DNA of 64,000 nucleotides, taken from Eledone cirrhosa (lineage: Eukaryota). The stretch lies in NCBI GenBank assembly GCA_964016885.1, contig OZ024745.1, positions 87,544,001-87,608,000 on the forward strand. The letters are read 5' to 3'. Made by a program: the position numbers and the translations under genes. Positions 25,814-39,359 of this stretch are shown here, piece after piece (position 1 is the first letter of the stretch; each line of letters begins with the position of its first letter). The notes below the pieces were generated by a model. It was not told where the DNA came from. It saw only the letters and a program-made list of their open reading frames with translations, and did not search any database.

Positions 25814-28800
25814 ATGACCTCACTCAGAATAGGCAGCATAAATGCGCGTGGCTTGGGGTCGTCATGGAAGCAGGGTCACCTGCTCAACGACCTCAGGTCA
25901 CTAAACATAGATGTAGTGGCCATCAGCGAGACCAGAATCTCCGAAGCACGGGCCTTCGCACCGATCTTCGGCGGCTACGATGTGTACGCATCTCCCAGCC
26001 GTCCTGGATCGGGGGGAGGAGTTGCTGTGCTTTTTCGGAGAGGTTTGGATCTCGCCATACGGGCCATCTTCCTGGACCCAGAGGGTAAGCTGGTGGTGCT
26101 GGACGTGACCAGCGGAGACGGGCAAGCTTTCAGGCTAGTGGCCGTCTATGCCCCGACAGGAGCAGGGCGGCCTGATTTCTTCCGGCGTCTGGAGACCTTT
26201 CTTGGAACGTCCCGCTCTTTAGTGTTAGTGGGCGACTGGAACGGGATCTTAGATGCACGCTGGGACTGTGTGGGATTAGCGGATAGGGGTGGAGGGTGCA
26301 AGAGGCTCAACAACCTGCTCAGGCGTTTTGAACTGTCTGACAGGTACCGATTGGATTTCCCGAATGCGCCAATGTGGACTTGGACAAATCGCATAGGGTC
26401 ATCCAGATCATATCTAGATAGAGTATTTTGTAGGGAAATAGATAGGTCTAGCATAGGCTGTCCACAATTCATGATAGTCAGCTACACGGACCACAAATTC
26501 ATGATCTGTGTGCTTGACTTAGATAGGCTTCATAGACGAGGACCCGGCTACTGGAAGCTAAACGCGTCCTTACCAGCGCGCAAGGCATACAGTGACCGGA
26601 TTAGCGAACTAGTTACGCGGGCGTTGACGGGGGCCATCGTCAACAACAAGTGGTGGTTTGCTCTGAAAAGAGCGATTAGAATAGAATCCATTAGGTTTAG
26701 TAAGGCTTTAGCAATAGAGAAAAATAGAGCAGAGGGAGAACTAGTTAGAAAATTAGACGAGGCGCTTAGCAAAGGCATTGCGACCGACGTGCTTGTGGCG
26801 AAATTGGCCCTTGACCAATTCTTCAATGCAAAGCACGAAGGCTGCGTTGTCAGAGCAAGGGTGCGTGCTCTCAGACACGAGGGGACGAAAGCCGTTCAAA
26901 GGGCCCGAGTGGCGGAGGCGCATCGTGGCAACAAAGCCACGATCCGGTCTTTGGTGGACCACGACGGGCGCATACTACTCGATCCCGGGCAAATGTGTGA
27001 AGCTTTTCAGCGACACTTCGCTCAGCTGTTCGGGGGCAGCGGTGGGCCGGGTCGAGGGATGGACTTTAGTGTCTACCTCGACGGACTGCCGCGGCTTTTG
27101 GCCACTGAGGCGAAGTGTTGCGAAAAGCCGATAACAGCCGCTGAAGTAAGGGAGGCAATGACTGGCTGCACAAGGGGTAAATCGCCTGGTTTGGATGGTC
27201 TGCCCTATGAACTTTACGTACATATGCCAGACTTGTTCGTAGGCCTCTTGGCGGACGTCTACTGCAACTGGCAACAGAACGGGAGAATTCCCAGTTCTGT
27301 GAGCCGAGGAGCGGTGGCACTGCTGAGAAAGGATCCGAACAAGGGGGATAACATAGATAATTTCCGGCCCATAACTCTGCTAAACACAGAGTTCAAGATT
27401 TTTGCCAAGGTGCTAGCAAAGAGGTTGGCGCTTGTCGTTGGTGGTCTGGTGGGAGAGGCGCAGACATGCGCCATTCCCGACAGATCCATCCACGACAACC
27501 TCCACCTCATGCGATACATCGTAGAGAGGGTAGCTAAGGAACATGGCACGGGTGGGTCCTTGATCAATTTAGATCAGTCGAAAGCTTTCGATAGGGTCGA
27601 CCATCGTTACCTAGCGGCAGTCCTGAGGGCGGCTGGCTTTGGGCCCGTCTTCAGAGGCTGGATCGCTGCCATGCACAGCGACATCTGCTCTGTGGTGAGA
27701 GTGAACGGTCACCTGTCGGAACCGTTCAACATCATGCGCTCGGTCCGTCAATGATGTCCCCTTTCGTCCCTCTTGTACGTATTGACTCTCGAGCCATTAC
27801 TGCACAAACTGGAGACGTTGAGGGGAGTCCCGCGCGAACTAGGATGCGGAAGATCCGTGTCAGCATATGCGGACGATGTCACCGTAGTGGTGTCGAACGC
27901 CAAACACATCGAGGCGATCGGCACTACACTAAGAGAATACGAAGCGGTGACAGGAGCAATGATCAACCAGGAAAAGTCAGTGGACCTGCAGCTCGGCACC
28001 TGGAGAGGCAGGTCCATGCCGTCCAACAGCGTCGTCGGACGCTGGACGGACGGACCGGTTAAATTGCTAGGGGTCTGGTTCGGTCCGGACCTCCAGACGG
28101 ACAAAAACTGGGACGAGGTGACGAGCAGGGTGGCTTCTCTCACCCAGAAATGGGCGGAGAGGAAGCTATCCCTGAAAGGTCGAGCGGAGGTGGCTAACGC
28201 GTACATCGCGTCTGTCATCTGCTACCGCCTGACTGTCGTACCTTGTCCTAAGCCTCGCCTGACTGCGCTGGAGCGTTTGCTCTTTCGCTTTTTGTGGAAA
28301 GGACGCGCTCCGATAGTCAGGCGGTCCATCTGTTGTCAACACCCGCTACGTGGAGGGCTGGGCATGCCGTGGCTGATGATGCGAAGGCACGCGCTCAGGC
28401 TACGACATCTCCACCTTTTCCTCGACGGTGATCAGGTGTGGTCGCCGTTTGCTAGACACGTATTTCCCCAGCTCGTTTCCTTGACGGAGCTGCAGTCCTG
28501 GGTCAAGCGAAGACCGAGAGGGAGCGCCTGGAGATTGGAAAGTCTTCAGGCGCTCACAGCCCTCGACCAATCGGGCAATGTGATCGGTGGAAACTCCACC
28601 TCGGCGTTCTATAGAGGATTAGTGGAGGGGAAGATCGACGACGTACTTGGGGAAACTCTAGGCGTCGACGAAAATCAACTAGCCAATCTCTTCGGAAGAA
28701 CTTTCGGGCCAGGGTCTATGGACAACTTCCAGAAATCTCTGGCCTGGCAGTGCTACCGAGGAGCCTTGCCAGTTCGGGATAAACTCTACAGGCATGGAGG

Positions 28801-29233
28801 TGTCGTCAGCCGGGAATGTCCGAGATGCGCGCAGGGCGACGAAACCGTCCTGCACGCACTCGTCCAGTGTCCGAAAATTGCTGACTTGTGGATTTATGTC
28901 GAACACCTGCTGTCGCGTGTAGGACGGATCCGGCTATCATCTGAGTCCATCGTGAGGATTGCCGCGCCCTCCTCCTTTAGCCGGGAAGGGCAGGCAGTTT
29001 TTATCTGTCTGGTGGCCATGGCGAAATAGATAGTATGGTGGACACGTTTGAAAGGGCTGAAGACGAGCACTTACCTCTTCGGTGATGCTCTGATTGACGT
29101 TTTCAAATTTCATTTGAAAAGGAAAATCAGAGTAGAGAGGGAAGTGCTCTCTTCCCAGCATTTTGTTGAAAGATGGGTGAGAGAAGCAAGAATGGCCCGA
29201 GTGAATGGGCCTACTCTGAGTATATATCTGTAA
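25814..29233 (+). pseudogene. Tx1-like ORF2: APE + RT + C-terminal zinc knuckle (two in-frame stops)
   Basis: SINARGL, ISETR, VYAP, GDWN, YLDR, TDHK, WKLNASL; KSPGLDGL, FRPITLLN, DQSKAFDRVDH, AYADD; CPRC..ETVLHALVQC; stops at 27752 and 29027. Confidence 0.93.
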
Positions 29234-29721
29234 ATTAAAGGTGGAAAACTGGGAGAGGGCACTTGCCTCGGTGGTCAGAGACATTGTGGCGTTTTACTGG
29301 GCTTTCTCCACAAATGTCCCTCCGAAGTCTCCCCCCTATTGGTGAATTTTTCATTGTTATTTTTTGTTACACCCTCTGTTTTTGTTTTTTACACGCAGAA
29401 ATGCCCATTTGTACAGTCCTGTATTGTCCTGCACTGTCCTTAATGTCTACTTTATGTAAACCCTTGTGGTTAATAAAGAAATCATTATTATTATTATTAT
29501 TATTGAATGCTATGGTTGACGCAGGCTCGGCTCTGTAAGGTACTGTAAATTTTGAACGCTATAACAATTGTAAATTGTTTAAAACTTAGACCAACCTGTA
29601 GACAAAAACACCCTCCTCCTCGTGAGAGGGGTCTTTCTGTCCGTTATTTGGCCCTTCGGGGTTAAATAACTGCTTATTGGGGTTTTTGTATCCAATATTT
29701 ATTTTAAACAAAAAAAACAAC

Positions 29722-31816
29722 ATGGCTACGAAAAAGAATTTGCAGAGGTCACTCCCACTCATTCCGTCTTCTTCTTCCTCAATGGTCACTACAGCAGAGA
29801 GAAGATTGTCTCTCTCCCTCCCTTCTTTAAATGTGTCTCTCTCCCTCCCTTCTCTTTCGCAAGCGACGAAAGAAAAGAAAAGTCTCGTGCAAAGGGTGCA
29901 AGGTTTCTCCACGACGACAACGACGAAACAGGTGTGCGGGAAATACGAAAACCCAGTTCATTCGTCTGACATCAGGAATAATAGCAGTAGCAGCCGTAAT
30001 AACAACAGCAACAGTGACAATGAAAACAACAGTAGCAGCCGCAACAGCATCACCAGCAGCATAAACAACAACAGCATTAGCAGCAGCAACACCAACAACA
30101 ACCACAGCAACAGCGGCGAAGGCAGTAGTCGTAGTACCTGCAGCAACAACAAAAGTAACAGCAGCTCTGACGACAACAACAACAGCAGCAAAGAAAAACC
30201 AATCTCATTTGCAGGTATTGCGAAAAACTTGGAAACAATCCTCATAACAAATGAGGAATTAGAGGAAGCGAAGAAGATGGTGACAAAGAATGGACACCGA
30301 GCAATCTGCAAGGCAGTGGAAACATTTTTCGAAACCCAACAGCACTGTACGGTCACGTACCGTACAGTAAGTACAAAATCCCGTAGGGTGGAAAGAGCCA
30401 CAGAGGCCCAAATACAAAAAGCCTTGGGGTCTGTGTGGCAGCGGAAAACGCACATCACCCGAGGCAAAAAATATGCCACCGTAGACGTACTTTTTGTCAC
30501 ACCCCAGGAGGCAAAGGCCCAATCCGTAGTGACCCTAAGGAGCGAGGAAATGGTGTTGGTGCCCTCCTACTGCGGGCAAAAAATTGTGAGGGTCAAACTG
30601 ACCCACGTCCCCCCCGGAATGGCCCCTTCTTGGCTGGCCGCGTCTGTCCTCGTCGGAATCGAGGATAAAACAACTGTACTGCAAGTACAGAAAAAAGTAA
30701 GAGAAGATTGGATCGGCACCTCCATTGAGATGCTAATCCAAACCAACCAGGAGTGCATCGAAGCTATCCCGGATGTGATAGACTTCGATAACGGCACTCA
30801 ACTGCCCATAAGTGTTGAGGGCAAACGCCTGAACTGCTTTCGCTGTGGATCGAAGACTCACCTCAGAGCCTTCTGCAACGAGAAGACCCTGAGAAAGAAG
30901 AAAACCCCCCTCCTTCCGAAACCGGCTCCACGGCTACCAGCAACAGGACAAGCGGCAACCAGGAACGATAGGCCCGTGGCACCCATACCCACGCCACGGA
31001 AATAAAAAAACAGCAGCAGCAGTGGAAATATTAACAACAACAACAGCAATACCAAATGCAGCTGCAACAGAGACTCCAGTGCAAACATCACCAACAACAA
31101 CAAGTGAAAGAGTGGAGCTGGTACCCCTCCCCGACCTCACAGAATCAGACATGGAGTGTGAGGTGGGAGAGGGATGGCAAAAGGTCGTAAGAAGGCACAA
31201 ACGCAGAAGCAGCGCATCGTCGCCTTTGAAAAGGGAGGAAAGAAATGAGAAAAGGGTAAAGTCTACTGCAAAGAGACCCACAGCAGCAACACCACCAACA
31301 CCATCACCACCCACACTAGCACCACCATCACCACCGGCGACAACCCCACCGCCAACAACACCTTCAACACCACCACCACAAGCACCAACATCGCAAACAC
31401 AACAACAAAACACACACACCCAGCAACAACGACAAGAAAATAGCAGAACCACACCCCACCCCCAGAAAAACAAATGCACGGCAATAAATACACACAACAA
31501 GAAACTGATGACTTACATAATTGAACACACAGACATTTAACAACAGGACTACATAATACCAGCACCAATCAAAACGCCAACTAACATAAGACCGCTAAAA
31601 ATAGCACAGAAACAATACACAAACATTAAAACGAAATTCCCCAACGCAGTTGGTGATTTCAGGGACCTAGGAGGAACTATCAATCGAAGAGTATATTCAG
31701 ACATTCTCTTAGAAGAGCCGACGACCAGCCGAAGGGACGATTCAACGGTCCCTTCACCAGACGATCAAGTGAAAAGGGATGTAAAAACCATCCCTCCTCT
31801 ACCAAAAGTACGGTAA
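29722..31816 (+). pseudogene. Tx1-like ORF1 (stops/frameshift)
   Basis: ORFs 29677-31005 and 31022-31540 match ORF1 of the other copies. Confidence 0.87.
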
Positions 31817-31851
31817 GTGGTCTTTCCCATCTTTTCCACTCTATTTTAAAC

Positions 31852-34800
31852 ATGACCTCACTCAGAATAGGGAGCATAAATGCGCGTGGCTTGGGGTCGT
31901 CATGGAAGCAGGGTCACCTGCTCAACGACCTCAGGTCACTAAACATAGATGTAGTGGCCATCAGCGAGACCAGAATCTCCGAAGCACGGGCTTTCGCACC
32001 GATCTTCGGCGGCTACGATGTGTACGCATCTCCCAGCCGTCCTGGATCGGGGGGAGGAGTTGCTGTGCTTTTTCGGAGAGGTTTGGATCTCGCCATACGG
32101 GCCATCTTCCTGGACCCAGAGGGTAAGCTGGTGGTGCTGGACGTGACCAGCGGAGACGGGCAAGCTTTCAGGCTAGTGGCCGTCTATGCTCCGACAGGAG
32201 CAGGGCGGCCTGATTTCTTCCGGCGTCTGGAAGACTCTTTAGTGTTAGTGGGCGACTGGAACGGGATCTTAGATGCACGCTGGGACTGTGTGGGATTAGC
32301 GGATAGGGGTGGAGGGTGCAAGAGCCTCACCAACCTACTCAGGCGTTTTGAAATGTCTGACAGGTACCGATTGGATTTCCCGAATGTGCCAATATGGACT
32401 TGGACAAATCGCATAGGGTCATCCAGATCATATCTAGATAGAGTATTTTGTAGGGAAATAGATAGGTCTAGCATAGGTTGTCCACAATTCAAGATAGTCA
32501 GCTACACGGACCACAAATTCGTGATCTGTGTGCTTGACTTAGATAGGCTTCATAGACGAGGACCCGGCTACTGGAAGCTAAACGCGTCCTTACCAGCGCG
32601 CAAGGCCTACAGAGACCTGATTAGAGAACTAGTTAAGCGGGCGTTGACGGGGGCCATCGTCAACAACAAGTGGTGGTTTGCTCTGAAAAGAGCAATTAGA
32701 ATAGAATCCATTAGGTTTAGTAAGGCTTTAGCAATAGAGAAAAATAGAGCAGAGGGAGAACTAGTTAGAAAATTAGACGAGGCGCTTAGCAAAGGCATTG
32801 CGACCGACGTGCTTGCGGCGAAATTGGCCCTTGACCAATTATTCAATGCAAAGCACGAAGGCTGCGTTGTCAGAGCAAGGGTGCGTGCTCTCAGACACGA
32901 GGGGACGAAAGCCGTTCAATGGGCCCGAGTGGCGGAGGCGCGTCGTGGCAACAAAGCCACGATCCGGTCTTTGGTGGACCACGACGGGCGCATGCAACTC
33001 GATCCCGGGCAAATGTGTGAAGCTTTTCAGCGACACTTCGCTCAACTGTTCGGGGGCAGCGGTGGGCCGGGTCGAGGGATGGACTTAATGTCTACCTCGA
33101 CGGACTGCCGCGGCTCTCGGCCACTGAGGCGAAGTGTTGCGAAAAGCCGATAACAGCCGCTGAAGTAAGGGAGGCAATGACTGGCTGCACAAGGGGTAAA
33201 TCGCCTGGTTTGGATGGTCTGCCCTATGAACTTTACGTACAGATGCCAGACTTGTTCGGAGGCCTCTTGGCGGACGTCTACTGCAACTGGCAACAGAACG
33301 GGAGAATTCCCAGTTCTGTGAGCCGAGGTGCGGTGGCACTGCTGAGAAAGGATCCGAACAAGGGGGATAACATAGATAATTTCCGGCTCATAACTCTGCT
33401 AAACACAGAGTTCAAGATTTTGGCCAAGGTGCTAGCAAAGAGGTTGGCGCTTGTCGTTGGTGGTTTGGTGGGAGAGGCGCAGACATGCGCCATTCCCGAC
33501 AGATCCATCCACGACAACCTCCACCTCATGCGATACATCGTAGAGAGGGTAGCTAAGGAACCTGGCACGGGTGGGTCCTTGATCAATTTAGATCAGTCGA
33601 AAGCTTTCGATAGGGTCGACCATCGTTACCTAGCGGCAGTCCTGAGGGCGGCTGGCTTTGGGCCCGTCTTCAGAGGCTGGATCGCTGCCATGCACAGCCA
33701 CATCTGCTCTGTTGTGAGAGTGAACGGTCACCTGTCGGAACCGTTCAACATCATGCGCTCGGTCCGCCAAGGATGTCCCCTCTCGTCCCTCTTGTACGTA
33801 TTGACTCTCGAGCCATTACTGCACAAACTGGAGACGTTGAGGGGAGTGCCGCGCGAACTAGGATGCGGAAGTGCCGTGTCAGCATATGCGGACGATGTCA
33901 CCGTAGTGGTGTCGAACGCCAAACACATCGAGGCGATCGGCACTACACTAAGAGAATACGAAGCGGTGACAGGAGCAATGATCAACCAGGAAAAGTCAGT
34001 GGGCCTGCAGCTCGGTACCTGGAGAGGCAGGTCCATGCCGTCCAACAGCGTCGTCGGACGCTGGACGGACGGACCGGTTAAATTGCTAGGGGTCTGGTTC
34101 GGTCCGGACCTCCAGACAGACAAAAACTGGGACGAGGTGACGAGCAGGGTGGCTTCTCTCACCCAGAAATGGGCGGAGAGGAAGCTATCCCTGAAAGGTC
34201 GAGCGGAGGTGGCTAACGCGTACATCGCGTCTGTCATCTGCTACCGCCTGACCGTCGTACCTTGTCCTAAGCCTCGCCTGACTGCGCTGGAGCGTTTGCT
34301 CTTTCGCTTTTTGTGGAAGCGACGCGCTCCGATGGTCAGGCGGTCCATCTGTTGTCAACACCCGCTACGTTGAGGGCTGGTCATGCCGTGGCTGATGATG
34401 CGCAGGCACGCGCTCAGGCTACGACATCTCCACCTCTTCCTCGACGGTGATCAGGTGTGATCGCCGTTTGCTAGACACGTATTTCCCCAGCTCGTTTCCT
34501 TGACGGAGCTGCAGTCCTGGGTCAAGAGAAGACCGAGAGGGAGCGCCTGGAGATTGGAAAGTCTTCAGGCGCTCACAGCCCTCGACCAATCGGGCAATGT
34601 GATCGGTGGAAACTCCACCTCTGCGTTCTATAGAGGATTAGTGGAGGGGAAGAGCGACGACGTACTTGGGGAAACTCTAGGCGTCGACGAAAATCAACTA
34701 GCCAATCTCTTCGGAAGAACTTTCGGGCCAGGGTCTATGGACAACTTCCAGAAATCTCTGGCCTGGCAGTGCTACCGAGGAGCCTTGCCAGTTCGCGATA

Positions 34801-35252
34801 AACTCTACAGGCATGGAGGTGCCGTCAGCCGGGAATGTCCGAGATGCGCGCAGGGCGACGAAACCGTCCTGCACGCACTCGTCCAGTGTCCGAAAATTGC
34901 TGACTTGTGGGTTTATGTCGAACACCTGCTGTCGCGTTTAGGACGGATCCGGCTATCATCTGAGTCCATCGTGAGGATTGCCGCGCCCTCCTCCTTTAGC
35001 CGGGAAGGGCAGGCAGTTTTTATCTGTCTGGTGGCCATGGCGAAAGAGATAGTATGGTGGACACGTTTGAAAGGGCTGAAGACGAGCACTTACCTCTTCG
35101 GTGATGCTCTGATTGACTTTTTCAAATTTCATTTGAAAAGGAAAATCAGAGTAGAGAGGGAAGTGCTCTCTTCCCAGCATTTTGTTGAAAGATGGGTGAG
35201 AGAAGCAAGAATGGCCCGAGTGAATGGGCCTACTCTGAGTATATATCTGTAA
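31852..35252 (+). pseudogene. Tx1-like ORF2 (frameshift, stops, 21 bp deletion)
   Basis: ORFs 31852-33153, 33177-34373 (VRQGCPLS, AYADD) and 34500-35252. Confidence 0.93.
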
Positions 35253-35499
35253 ATTAAAGGTGGAAAACTCGGCACTTGCCTTGGTGGTCAGGGTCATTGT
35301 GGCTTTTTATTGGGCTTTCTCCACAAATGTCCCTCATAAGTCTCCCCCCTATTGGGGAATATTTCATTGTTATTTTTTGTTACACCCTCTGTTTTTTTTT
35401 GTTTTTTTACACGCAGAAATGCCCATTTGTACCGTCCTGTATTGTCCTGCACTGTCCTTAATGTCTACTTTATGTAAACCATTGTGGTTAATAAAGAAA

Positions 35500-35547
<48 letters not shown>

Positions 35548-35667
35548 GTATTATTCCTTACATTAAATTATAATTACACTCCTTCTTCCTCACATATACT
35601 GAAACTATATTGACTTTCTTTAAATAACGTCTTCCTTGTGAAATTAGTGGTCTTGTCTTTGCTTAAC

Positions 35668-35684
35668 TAATGAATATATATATA

Positions 35685-35724
<40 letters not shown>

Positions 35725-35784
35725 TATATATATATATGAATATATATATATATATATATATATGAATATATATATATGAATATA

Positions 35785-35848
<64 letters not shown>

Positions 35849-35870
35849 TATATATATTTATATATATATA

Positions 35871-35908
<38 letters not shown>

Positions 35909-36252
35909 TATATGTATATATATATATATATGAATATATGTATATATATATATGAATATATATATATATATATATATATATGAATATATGTATATATATA
36001 TATATGAATATATATATATATATATATATATAGATATGAATATATGTATATATATATATATGAATATATATATATATATATATATATGAATATATATATA
36101 TATATATATATATATGAATATATATATATATATATATATATGAATATATATATATGTATATATATGAATATATATATATATATATATATATATGAATATA
36201 TATATATATATGAATATATATATATATATATGAATATATATATATATATATA

Positions 36253-36288
<36 letters not shown>

Positions 36289-36382
36289 TATATATATATA
36301 TGAATAAATATATATATATATATATGAATATATATATATATATATGAATATATATATATATATGAATATATATATATATATA

Positions 36383-36458
<76 letters not shown>
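35668..36458. repeat. (TA)n microsatellite with tatgaa interruptions
   Basis: Direct; similar tracts at ~46060-46780, 51240-51340, 52660-53150, 54760-55470, 58420-59165 and 60525-61280. Confidence 0.97.
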
Positions 36459-36461
<3 letters not shown>

Positions 36462-36780
36462 AAAATTTCGCTCTACATGGCTGATTACAATAAATGTAAT
36501 CTGTTGTTTTCGAATATTAATAATAGCATTCGATTCGTTTGCATTAATGTCTGCAGTTCTGTTCCCATGCCAACATAAGAGCAAGAATGAAACGTCCATT
36601 CTACTGACGTGGCTATAAAATTGAGGCTTGTTTGCATAATTGCAAACGAATCGAATGTTATTATTAATATTAAAATAAAGTACCAGTAATTCACTTGTGC
36701 CAATAGTAGAAACAATTATTAATATTCGAAAAACTCAGATTACATTTATTGTATTCAGCCATGTAGAGTGAAATTTTCTT
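36459..36780. mobile_element. MITE-like fold-back element (~85 bp inverted arms) with a SINE 3' fragment in the right arm
   Basis: aagaaaatttcgctctacatggctga... versus ...tcagccatgtagagtgaaattttctt; SINE piece 36672-36715 flanked by ttattaatatt duplication. Confidence 0.75.
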
Positions 36781-36877
36781 TTTTATTTGAATTTGGCAAA
36801 GCCGGCCATTTATCGCTCGTATACAGGAAATTGACTGGCCAGTCAAGGGATAGTTCACAAACATAGACTTAAGTATA

Positions 36878-39300
36878 GTGTTTGAAGAAAACCTGAAGAT
36901 AGTTAATTTTCTAGATGTTACACTTAACCTCAATTCACGACTCTTCCAACCCTACCACAAACCCAACGAGAATTTATATTATGTCAACGCAAAATCGAAC
37001 CACCCTAGAATAGTCACTAACGGTATTACAAAAAGCGTCTCTAGTAGAATTTCAGGACTATCTTCCAATGAAGATACATTCGATAGAATCTCATATTACT
37101 ATATTAGCGCCCGGGGCATAGCGAGGGAATCTCATTCAAACGTCCATTAGGTAGTAGTAGTAACGATAGCTTAGGCCAAAATAGTGACACTTTAGTTAAC
37201 AGCAGGCGGGAGGCGAAGGAGGATCAATATAGACTTCATGTTGTATTGCCTCCTAGTCCCAATGACGACGGTACCAATGAGAATAACCACCCAGGTACAA
37301 ACAGGGTGTCGGAGCACCGTAGAGCCAGCGGCAACTTTAATTATAACCTTAACTGTAGAGCTGATAAAACACCCGTTGCACGTAAAATAAAACGGAGCTC
37401 GGGTAGGGGGAATAGGGATAAAGGTAGTAGGCGCATAGTGGATATAACCTCGGCTATCAAGGGAAATTCCAATAACTGCACGGAGGGTACACCACCCCGG
37501 AGACTTGGGACGATTCCAAACACCACCTGGACACCCCGGGGCATCATCGACCCACAGGAAGTTATCAGTTCTAATAGACCAGTAGAAACCAAGGAGGCAG
37601 GTAACACTAGTATAGAAGAACAAGAGGCATCGGACCAGAACAATCCTGTGTACAACCCCCCCATACTCCACCGGCCTTACCACTAGTATAGCTAAGCCTT
37701 TCTTTAGGGCCTTAGACAATTGCTTCCCGAGATCACACAAATACTATAAAATATTCAATAGGAATACCATCAAGCTGTCCTACTCCACAACCAGTAACAT
37801 AGCTCAGAATATAGCTAAGATGAATTATAGTAGACTTAGGAAAGCCCAGGGCGGGATGAGGCATGTCAGAACTAATGGCAATGCTATGCATGAACGGACT
37901 CATACGCGTGAGGTGGGTCGAGCCACCCCAACCCCTGGGAAATTACCCATAGAGCAGACAAGAACTGAGACCCGACACCAGGGGTATCGTGGTTCCTCAG
38001 GAACTACTCCGGTCGGTAGCAGAAAAGGCAATTGCAGGAATACCGCTACTTGCCCCTTGACTGGGAAATGCCTCACCAAGAACATGGTCTACGACTGTAA
38101 GGTCTCCGCTTTAGATAGAACGTTCAGGTATGTTGGGGCGACTGTCACTGAATTTAAGGATAGATGGTATAATCACCGCCATACCTTTAATAAAGTAGAT
38201 AAAAAAAATAGCACGGCGCTTTCTGAATTAGTCTGGAAGCTTAAACAACAGAATATAGAGCACTCCTTATCCTGGTCCATAGTTTGCTCAGCCCAGCCAT
38301 ATAACGGCAGCACGGGCGTTTGTAATTTATGTATAGCTGAAACCTTTAATATAATTAGAAGCGCCCCCTACTAATCAATAGGAGAGCGAACATTTTCAAC
38401 ACCTGCCAGCATAGAACGTTGAAAACCTTCCTCTGGATTGTTGGAAAGTAACCTACCAGTAACTCCCCCTTTTTACCTTAGCCATAGAGTTCTCTCAATT
38501 AGCAAAAAATAGACAATCACACACTCAGGTAGTAGACAGCTAAGGTCGTTTGCTCACCTACACACTGTACTCCGGTATGTTTCCACAGAGTTCTGACAGC
38601 TGAGTGCACATTTACCATTACTTTAGAATACCTAGTTAGTAAATAGTTAGAACAATTACACACGCAGTTAAGACCGATTACGCGCATTCACCATTACTTT
38701 AGAATACCTAACCATAGAGTTCTCTCAGGTAATAAATAGACGTATTACACACTCAGTTAAGAACGATTACGCTCTTTATACATAATTCTACACAGCACTC
38801 GGTTTCTTTAGACACGGAGTTCCCACAGTTATGACCAGTCATGATCTTGTCGATTGAATACTACACTGGGTTTTGGTCTGTGATCCTCTAACTATGGAGT
38901 GCTCACAGTTGCTGAAGGGACAATACTACTTACACTCCATCAATAGGCTTACACACATCCACGGGGTTTTGTTATTTTATTTTGTGTTGGGTAACACACC
39001 TCCACCACTCAAACACTTAACTTAAGGGCCCGAGGGCCCTTATGACGGGAAAACGCACACACTGACACCTTAACTCAAATACCCAATCCTACATGGAGCA
39101 CCTTGTTGGCCTACTTGGCGGGTGCTTGCACGCACAGACTCGGAGACGCAGACTCTCAACGGGACAACGGCACATATAGAGTTCGATACGAGCTGACTAC
39201 TTGCTCTTCACATGGATATGTATATACCAAAACATACACTATTTAGACGATACGGATGTTACAATTCAATCGATACACGTATAGCAGAACGTTGAACGGA
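36878..39300 (+). mobile_element. Penelope-like element, 5'-truncated (probably Naiad-type): RT thumb, GIY-YIG, long 3' region
   Basis: NFLDVTLNL..YHKPN..YVNAKSNHP; KIFNRNTIKLSYS; NCRN..CPLTGKC, MVY..YVG..FKDRWYNH, STALS..VW, CNLC; 3' boundary approximate. Confidence 0.85.
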
Positions 39301-39359
39301 ATTTACTTGCGTGTGTATAGGGTTGTGGTTGACGCAATTTCTTTCTAATTTACATCGTG

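Larger units (their letters stand above)
23473..29483 (+). mobile_element. L1-Tx1-like element copy 2, full length (~6.0 kb)
   Basis: 5' UTR, ORF1, 35 bp spacer, ORF2, 3' UTR with aataaa, (TTA)n on both sides. Confidence 0.95.
29505..35501 (+). mobile_element. L1-Tx1-like element copy 3, full length (~6.0 kb), head-to-tail with copy 2
   Basis: Same termini; separated from copy 2 by only about (TTA)7. Confidence 0.95.

Noticed and set aside
35667-36599. Long IYIYIY ORFs here and at ~10570-11430, 46501, 54699, 58372 and 60475-61447
   Set aside because: Translations of (TA)n microsatellite, which lacks stops; not proteins
37820-38450. Selenocysteine recoding, reported for some Naiad PLEs
   Set aside because: Conserved Cys positions here and at 47900-48090 use TGT/TGC; the break at 38372 is a frameshift to TAA
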